From positions 3,410,001-3,474,000 of the forward strand of contig NC_043015.1 in the NCBI RefSeq assembly GCF_006345805.1: a stretch of DNA of 64,000 bases. The letters run 5' to 3'. Below the pieces are notes generated by a model, which was not told the origin of the DNA, ran no database searches, and saw nothing but the letters and a program-made list of their open reading frames with translations. Source of the stretch: Octopus sinensis. Taxonomy: Eukaryota. This document shows positions 54,921 through 64,000 of the stretch, in pieces. Every line of letters starts with the position of its first letter. The first letter of the stretch is position 1. The translations under genes were made by a program, and so were the position numbers.

Positions 54921-55373
54921 ATAGTAATAATACATTTAATACAGTCCGCCGTAGGAGTATTAACGGTTGCAGTAGTCGAAATATTTTTAGTACAAAATAT
55001 AATGTTATTAACTGGGTAAAACCTATCAACAATGAAGATGACGATGACGATGACGATGAAGATGATGATATCGGAGATGCTGATTATGTCTAGGACAATA
55101 ATATCTATTAATATGTCTCGAAATATTATATTAATATTGAGAATACATTTAACCAATGACAAGGACATTAGTTGAAATATATCAAGTGGAATACAAGAGA
55201 ACAGTAAACAGGTAAAAGTGAGAGAAAATAGAATACGAGTTAGAGGACGATAAGAATTAAAATGTATAATGAAAAAAGAATTATTTGAAAAGCCAAAAGG
55301 AAAAAAAAAACAGGAAGATTTTTCAATAAATATATTTCAAAGGAAAGAAACAAAACAAATACATGGTAGGACA

Positions 55374-56110
<737 letters not shown>

Positions 56111-56379
56111 ACACACAAATATATGTATACATATATACACTTTTACACATATATGTGCGTCTTATATATCCGTGTGTGCCTATGTGTATGCGTGTATGTA
56201 TGTTCGTGATTAAAAATTTCACGTAAACAAACGATTGTACTTAAGGTATTATTTTTAGTCCTCTCAATTCCTGACAAAATAAACAGGAGCTTTTAAAAAA
56301 AGTCCGCGTTCACATCAATGAAATCAGTAATGTCGTCCATACACCGAACGACCATCTTCTCCAGATCTGCCAGAAATAT

Positions 56380-56635
56380 ATATATTCATCATCACCTTCA
56401 CCATTTTCATCATAATCATTATCATCTTCATCATCATCGTCGTAGTCGCCGTTGTTTTCATCGTCATCGTTGTGGTCATCATCTTCAACATCTCCATCAT
56501 CTTCATCATCATCATCATCATCATCGTCGTCGTCGTCATCATCATCATCATCATCTTCCTCCTCATCATCATCGTCGTCGTCGACGTGGTCATCATCATC
56601 ATCATTAACATCATCATCATCATCATCCTCATCAT

Positions 56636-56685
<50 letters not shown>

Positions 56686-56941
56686 CCACCTTCGTAGTTG
56701 TCGTCACTAGCACCAGTAGCCGCAGCATTTTGAACATCAACATCGGCATCATCACCTTCAGGATGATAACGAACATCACCAACCTCCCATTCTTTTTACT
56801 CCACTTCATTATCATAATCATAATCACCATTTCCATCAGAAGATGTAGCAGAAACTGACGATATCATAAATCGACGATAATAACCCTTTTCGTCTATGCT
56901 ATATTTATCAACACACCACTACGAACACCACTAGCATCTCA

Positions 56942-57007
<66 letters not shown>

Positions 57008-57420
57008 GTCATCATCATCATCATCTTCATCATCATCATCCTCATCATCATCATCATCATTGTCATCACCATCACGACCTTCCTCAATTATTAGTTCATC
57101 TGTCTTTATCGACGGAGATCAGGGGCATCACATCGTCATTAGCAAGCTATCGTCACCACCAGTTGTATCAACATGGTAAATAAAAATTAACATACCCACC
57201 ACAACCACCACCACCACCATCACTACCATCACCACCTCTGCCACTACCATGATTGATCCCGTCGTCGTGATGATGATCCTCATCAGAAACAGCAGCATCA
57301 CATCGCCAACAATTTTATCTTCATTCAAGTTTATCTTCGTCATGATTTACATTGACATCTTCATCATAATCAAACTAGTCCGTACCTATATAACGCTTAT
57401 CTTCGGCACACGATTTATGT
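56380..57420. repeat. Degenerate (CAT)n/(CAC)n low-complexity region
   Basis: Seen directly; source of poly-H, poly-S, poly-I and poly-M ORFs. Confidence 0.9.
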
Positions 57421-57753
57421 ACCACATGGCGATTGTCACCATGAGGGCAATGGGCAAGTTTTCCAACACGAAATCATCCTTTCACTCATTTATTTATGTA
57501 CAGCATTGTAAATTTAATATGAAAAATGCTGTAAAAAAACATAAAGTTTTCTGTTTCTTAACCTACGCTTGTATCATTCATCGTTAGGAATTATTTTAAT
57601 CTTTATGCTGAAATATATCCCATGAATTACTGCATTGATTCTTGCTTGCCAATTCGCACCTTCGTGCCACCAGTGAAACAGAGAATGCAGTATAGAAGAT
57701 ATACCGTGGAATATAACGATTATGCTTGAGGAATATATCGGAAATGCATTGAA

Positions 57754-57872
57754 ATTTGCATTCACATACATTTCAATTTGCATTAAAATGCACTGGAATT
57801 TTAGTAAATATGTCATAATTTGCATTAAAATGCACTTGGATTTTTGATAAATATGTCACAATTTGCATTAAA
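57754..57872. repeat. Short tandem repeat (~42-43 bp unit) with four ATTTGCAT octamers
   Basis: ATTTGCAT at 57754, 57776, 57818 and 57861. Confidence 0.85.
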
Positions 57873-58049
57873 CTACTTTGAACGTGCATTGCATTTCTCT
57901 CTGCTTACACATTACATCGCATTGAAATAAGTATAAATATTTTATTGAAAAAAGGTATTAAAATGTATAAATATCTACATAACAAATTCATAAAATTACT
58001 TTGATGTATACATAAAATATTGTGAAATAAACATAAATAGCATAGAAGA

Positions 58050-58141
<92 letters not shown>

Positions 58142-59519
58142 ATACAGCATTACGACCGCAGCGAAATATTCCTTAAAAATGCATTTATACGTACTCAGTA
58201 AAATATTGAAATATGTTTAAAAGATTATTCATATATCTGAAAAATGCATTGATACAACACATATACTGTACCAAACTTAATCGATAGGATATACGATGTA
58301 AATAAATGCATATCGAAACAAGCTCACATTAATCTGTATTATATCTATTCTCTTGCCTCTCATCCCCATCATAAACATCAGTATTATCGTCATCTTCATT
58401 GTAATAGTCATGAGCAGGAATGAAGCAGCATTGCTATCGTCGTCGGCATTCATATCCATAAATACATACAGTTATCCCATGTTTGCCCATATTTCCATTG
58501 ATTTCACAATGTGTTCAATAATAATGTTTCATTTTATATGAAAGTATTGTTTGATTTCGATATGTTATATGTTCCCGTTATTACAGGATCGTGATAGTTC
58601 CGATATTATTTTAAAATCATTATTGTGAACAATATTGCTGATATTCAAATATTTCTGAAATTTTATCTGACTGTGATGCTGAAAATATCACACATCAAAT
58701 GGGAACTAGTAACTCGATTTAGTGGGTATATCCTTCACTAACAGAAGTTGAAGAAAAATATAAACTTATATACATTAAATAGGATTTCCACGTAGCAGTT
58801 CCGCCTAGCTACACAATTCCATTCAGATGATATTAGTAATATCAAAGCAGATACATATATATTGATAAATGCATATAGCTTTACTGACGTACTCAAACTT
58901 ACGTCGTATTTCTCTTCAACAGTAATATTCTTTGCAAATAGCTATCTGTATCTGCGCGTACTTGAGTATTCGTGAGGTGTATGTGTATCAAATTCCGTTG
59001 AAAACTTGTTCGGCAAAGATCAATAATATACAGGAAATACACCTAAAAATATACATGATAATGCAGTAAATTGAGTTACTTAGTTGAAATTTTTATAAGG
59101 GTTTATCACACTTAAATACGTTGAATTATGCTTAAGAAATACATTTTCATACGCTTATGGTTATGAATTACATGTTGAGTAAATATATTAATTTCAAACG
59201 AAATTATTCGTATCAGTGAAAATGGAGTGTTAGCTTGTTGTTATACATGGTATATAAGACAAGAAAATACATATCCTTAAACTTGTGGTTTGAAGAATTG
59301 AACAGTAATTCAGCATAATATGCATACCCCTGAACGGACAACATGTAGGGGACTGTAATCATAGTTTTACTGTTCCATATCAGCAATCGCGCTTATACAT
59401 CGCCACTAGCGATGGCGAATTATAAGCATCACGTTTTGTTTTTATACATAACATCTTTTTATTTTCTATAGAAGCTATATGGAGGTTTATTGTTTATAGC
59501 CTAACTACATGCAAGAACA

Positions 59520-60820
59520 AACCATATTATAATGAATGCATAATGTATGTATCGGTGTGTGTGTGTTCTTGTATATGGGTGTGTGTGTGTGTAACAGGTC
59601 ATTTATTTGAAAGCCCTTAAAATCAAGATTTTTCAACCGATTTCGTTCTCGCTTGATATATATAACACTTATGTTCCACGCATGCTTCTACAGTCTTTAC
59701 ATTTTTCACCTAAGGAGTAGCATAAACTAATGGAGCTTCTAGGTTGAGAAAATCTCAATTCCTGTTGTACTGTGACTATTTGGGACAAGGGAGGTAACTC
59801 ATTGCCCAGTAAAATTCAGAACTTAATTATCTCCAATATATTTGTATACTTCACTGCGCATTCACTGCAGACCCACAATATTTGCATATTAGCATGTTAG
59901 CACTTCCTTCATGCAGCCATCCAAATTAAATCAACTTTTAATTATCTTTTTAATCCCCTCAGAATTTAATCCCTATTATATTATCTGCGTTTACTCATAC
60001 CAAACACTGACAGTTATAATGTTTTACTAATGTCCATTCACTGCAAACCTGCGATATTTGCATAGTAGCACCTCCTTCCCGTAACCATCTTCAGATAGCA
60101 ATGCAATTTCAATCAACTTTTAATTATTTTTAATTGCCTTAATTAATTAACCCATATTATATTCTCTCCTTGTACTCATACCAAGTTGCGGTAGTTATAC
60201 AGCTTTTAGAATAAACGTTCAGTGCAAACTGTTCATATTTGTTGCATATTAGCTCATTTTTCACGTAGCTATGCAATTTAGATCAACTTTCAACTTTCAA
60301 TTATCTTTTTAATCCCTTTAGAAATTAATCCATATTACCTTCTCAGGTTTTACTCATGCCGAGTTGTAACATTTACACAGTTTCTACAATGTGCAGTCAC
60401 TCCAAAACTCCAATATTTGCACGTTAGCACTTCCTTCACGTAACCATCTACAGAAAGCGAATTTTCTAAACCCGCTCAGCAAACAATACTACGACAAACA
60501 TCATTCAGGCATTCGATTTCAACGCGCTGAACTTTTGCTTCTCGGATAACCCTGCAATGCCACCTAGGAGGAAGAGAGCTCGCATTAGTAGACTGCGTTA
60601 TGCAGGCATCAAAGCCAGTATACATCGGCGTGACAAAACTCAAGATAGAAGGTCCCAAATAATGTCCCAGCAGACTGACTTAGATGCCACTGCCCTTCCA
60701 GTCCATACACTGGCAACATCTGCAGACGTTAAATCTGCAAAATCCAAAGACGAATTCGTGACTTGTGACTTGCAAGGGCTATCGAATCACCTCAACAACG
60801 TAGTATCAGTTTATCATTTT
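59520..60820 (+). mobile_element. Probable 5' region of a Helitron-type element: (GT)n, ~178-bp tandem array, start of ORF MPPRRKRARISR
   Basis: The tandem units are seen directly. The Helitron call is inferred from the layout ((GT)n then an ACCGATTT motif, internal minisatellite, basic MPPRRKR N-terminus at 60557) recalled from Lep1/DINE-1-type and RepHel elements. Confidence 0.45.
59860..60455. repeat. Diverged tandem array, ~3.3 units of 176-181 bp
   Basis: Anchors TCACTGCA-like at 59860, 60036, 60217 and 60395; TACTCAT at 59992, 60173 and 60351. Confidence 0.85.
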
Positions 60821-60915
60821 TAGGTGTTTTCACTCAATAAACACTCACAAAGCCCGGTCTGGGTAATGAAACCACGATCCGCCGACCGCGAGTCCGCTGC
60901 CCTAAACACTGCGCC
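60820..60915 (-). mobile_element. tRNA-derived SINE head, family C (3'-truncated)
   Basis: Minus strand GGCGCAGTGTTTAGGGCAGCGGACTCGCGGTCGGCGGATCGTGGTTTCATTACCCAGACCGGG has a tRNA-like A/B-box layout. Confidence 0.6.
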
Positions 60916-60944
60916 TCCACACACACACACACACACACATAGAT

Positions 60945-60991
<47 letters not shown>

Positions 60992-61288
60992 CTAGCAGTA
61001 TCGCCCGGCGTTGCTCGGGTTTGTAAGGGAAATAACTATATAAGCATTTTTAGAGAATTATAGCCAAAAAATAGCAAAAGAATGCATTCAAAATGGAAAA
61101 AAAAATTATGGTAATTTTTTTTTAAATCGTAGACTCATCGTAGACTCGCGCTAATACCCAGAAGGGCTCGATATGAATCACGAATATAAGATACCCGGTT
61201 TTGGTTAAACTGCACTGCAAAATGTGGGAGTAGTTAGGAATCTAAATCGTAGGAGACAGACACACAACTTGACTTTTATATAGAAAGA
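60992..61288 (-). mobile_element. Non-autonomous Helitron
   Basis: A^TC start at 61288, hairpin plus CTAG^T end at 60992, within (TA)n. Homologous to 21048-21445. Confidence 0.85.
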
Positions 61289-62154
61289 TATATACATACA
61301 TGCATACATATAATCATACCTATGTACATACTGACATATCATTGTATAGTGAAAAATCAATTATTGTTTTCAAGTATAAGGAAAGCCGTCGTTATGAAAT
61401 TCATCTTAGCATAATAGCGAAAACATATCTTACAGAATATTTCGAAATTTCCAACAATTTATTCATATTTACATCCTATTTATAGCCTATTATCTGTTTC
61501 CAAATAATCTACATAGTTTGGCATTGTTAGTTTGTATGTTAATATTTTCGTTTCACACACTGGTTAATATTTTTACTTCTTCACAAAACGTTTCAGTATG
61601 TTTCTCCCAATTTAGAAGCGTGCGTGCAGTGTATTGTTTTCAAAACGTGTTTAATGAAGCAATTTAACATTCAATATTATTTTCTCCATCTCCGACGTTA
61701 TACAGATATGGTGAATATGACATTTTAAATGTGATACTTTAATTGAATGAATATATTTACTTTCACATGTTTTACAGATATAAACACTTTTACTGAATAC
61801 TCAAGTACAGATATGTGTATGTATTGTTGTATAGCAGTGTTGGTAGAGGGGCGTAACATATGCGTATATGTTCATTCATAGAAAACTTAGGTAAATATAT
61901 GAGATAGCTGAATGGACGGTTTCATAAAAAAAAGATATTCACAATATAATATATCTCTTCTCGTATATGTTCATTAACATCGTTGTGGTAAGCACAAGAA
62001 CGACTTAATTTACATATAGATAGACGAAGTTCAGTTACATATATTTGAATGATATTGCTTGAAAGACAGACCTGCCTTCTCAAATAGAAGCAGGAAATCG
62101 TATTCCTCTAAAAGAATGAAATGAGTTTTCTCTTTCAACAAACTCTGTGATACA

Positions 62155-62263
62155 GTTCTATATTTAAGGGATGAGGTATTATGTTCAATATTTACATTTT
62201 TTACATTTGAAGGATATTTGGCCTCATCTTGTTTGTTGTTAACACGTTTCAGCTGATACACCC
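62155..62263 (-). repeat. Family D tail, 5'-truncated inside the hammerhead loop II
   Basis: Reverse complement GGGTGTATCAGCTGAAACGTGTTAACAACAAACAAGATGAGG... is homologous to 62599-62712 and 6455-6570. Confidence 0.8.
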
Positions 62264-62461
62264 TGATTATGATGATGGCAAAGATGACGACGATGATGAT
62301 GATGTTGATGATGATTATATGAGGATGGTGATGATAATGATGATGATGACGACGATGACGATGATGATGGTGATGATGGTGGTGGGGATAATGATGATGA
62401 TGATGATGATGATGGTAACGACGACGATAACGATGATTATGGTGATGGTGGTTGTGGGTTA

Positions 62462-62495
<34 letters not shown>

Positions 62496-62522
62496 CGACG
62501 ACGACGACGACGATGATGATGA
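62264..62522. repeat. (GAT/GAC/GGT)n tract
   Basis: Seen directly. Confidence 0.95.
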
Positions 62523-62527
62523 GAATA

Positions 62528-62712
62528 ACATCGAAAAAATACGTTCGGAATGAGAACCCAGGCCCCAAAATTCCTTAAAGCACCTGATGAAGCATGGAGG
62601 GTATATCAGCGGAAACTTTGTGTTAACAACAAACATGATAAGGAGAAATATCCATCCAAAGTAAATAGTGTAAATATTGTATTTAATCCCTTATCTCTTA
62701 AATATAAAACTA
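62528..62712 (+). mobile_element. Family D tail with degenerate hammerhead (CTGATGA 62584-62590, GAAAC 62612-62616)
   Basis: GCAC CTGATGA A GCATG gagggtatat CAGCG GAAAC TTT GTGT. Helix I is intact; helix II and helix III are mutated. Confidence 0.7.
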
Positions 62713-63894
62713 CATAGTGATTTGCCTTTACTCTAACATAACTACGACTTTAATTTTATTTGAACGTCAGATAAACATAGTCGTGGTATTTCCTCGCAAA
62801 ATTTTGAATTAAAATAAACAGAATAATAAGGTATAGCACTCAACCTTCTACCCATTCATATTCTTACACCGAGATTGCTGGTGAGAAATTGAAGCCTAAT
62901 TCATTTATAACATTGATATGCCAATATTTGAAATATTCCACTGAAATCTATGGAACAATTATGAAAAATGTATGTTGGCTGTCTATAAATATCATACTAG
63001 GACGCATTATTCGTGATATCAATGTTTTATTTTCTCACGTGTTTTCTAGCAGCGTTTCGGGAAGAAATCCTTCTAAATATTTACTTTTGCAAAAATATTT
63101 CTCCCCTTAGCAACATGATCTGAAATAATTCGATATTCTTAAATTTCAAAATTCTTATTTTTTAAAACAAACCAAATTCAGACTACCAGAGTTGTGATAA
63201 AAAATATTACAAAATTAAATGCACTTGAAGTAGATTTTGTTAGCTATAAACTCTAAATGCTACTATGTTTTTCTAACTGTGATTTGAAGTTAAAGTCTTA
63301 TATGAATTGCCATCATCAGATACGATACGAATAAATTATTAGTTTACACAATTTATATAGGTAATTGTGTAGAGTGCAAATTACAATGTTGGAAATGGGA
63401 TACAGAAATTTGGTGATAACTGCACTTACTTCGTCAGGGACAGTGTCATCTGTATGACACCGTTTTTTTAACCGACGACGATACATATCATTGGTGAGGT
63501 CCCTATGTTCGGCTGTTTTGGCGATGCATACAAGCAACACAATTTCCGTTCTCCTTATTGTAGTTGATTTTAATGGCTACTGATACTATAAGAATTGCAC
63601 ACAGGACTGTACTGCCTTTGTACATGTAGATATTTAGTGCATTAGCTTACAGAAATTCTTAAGCTAAACCTAAGCGATAGTTTATACTTGGTTGGCCTAT
63701 GACAGTTCGGAAACTAGATATTATAAATCGGCGTGCAAAGACTAGATATTCTTTGTTTCTACGATGTACAAACTAATCGTCCGTCTATTCCATAAACAAC
63801 TTTTGGAGGTTTTGGATTTTGATGTTTCATTTCATATCTGAAGTAATATACTGAAATTTAAAAGCAAAATCATTGTTCACATTATCAAAATGAT

Positions 63895-63972
63895 CTTTCA
63901 CGCCGGAGCAGCATTTCGGTTTATTTTGGAAGCCTTTCACGCCGGAGCAGCATTTCGGTTTATTTTGGAAGC
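63895..63972. repeat. Perfect 39-bp tandem duplication
   Basis: CTTTCACGCCGGAGCAGCATTTCGGTTTATTTTGGAAGC occurs twice with no spacer. Confidence 0.95.
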
Positions 63973-64000
63973 CAATCAGTTAATCGATTTAATTACTCAA

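Noticed and set aside
56318-56858. His-rich, Met-rich and Ser-rich ORFs as metal-binding proteins
   Set aside because: All frames of a degenerate (CAT)n tract are open; there is no non-repetitive domain or splice context.
63895-63972. CRISPR-like repeat
   Set aside because: Two adjacent copies with no spacer, eukaryotic context, no cas genes.

Overview
AT-rich, microsatellite-saturated eukaryotic DNA. It looks most like octopus/cephalopod intronic or intergenic sequence; this is inferred from the SINE, mariner and Helitron repeat types as I recall them, not from a search. No host protein-coding exon could be supported, and almost every ORF in the supplied track is a translated microsatellite. 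The window is a mosaic of decayed transposons: R4/Dong-like, CR1-like, RTE-like and Penelope-like retroelement remnants; Tc1 and mariner derivatives; an autonomous Helitron remnant and two non-autonomous Helitrons; at least four tRNA-headed SINE families; and several fold-back (MITE-like) elements. The ORF track misses the most striking signal: type I hammerhead-ribozyme (HHR) motifs (CUGANGA / helix II / GAAAC / palindromic helix III / GUH) from about five unrelated repeat families. They occur (a) as divergent pairs in ~300-bp fold-backs embedded in (TA)n (30127-30438, 39367-39651), (b) inside a ~350-nt unit bounded by direct repeats (27103-27489), (c) in the tail of a tRNA-headed SINE (6455-6795) and (d) in a Penelope-type tail (15970-16004). 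None has been tested for activity, and several carry core lesions.
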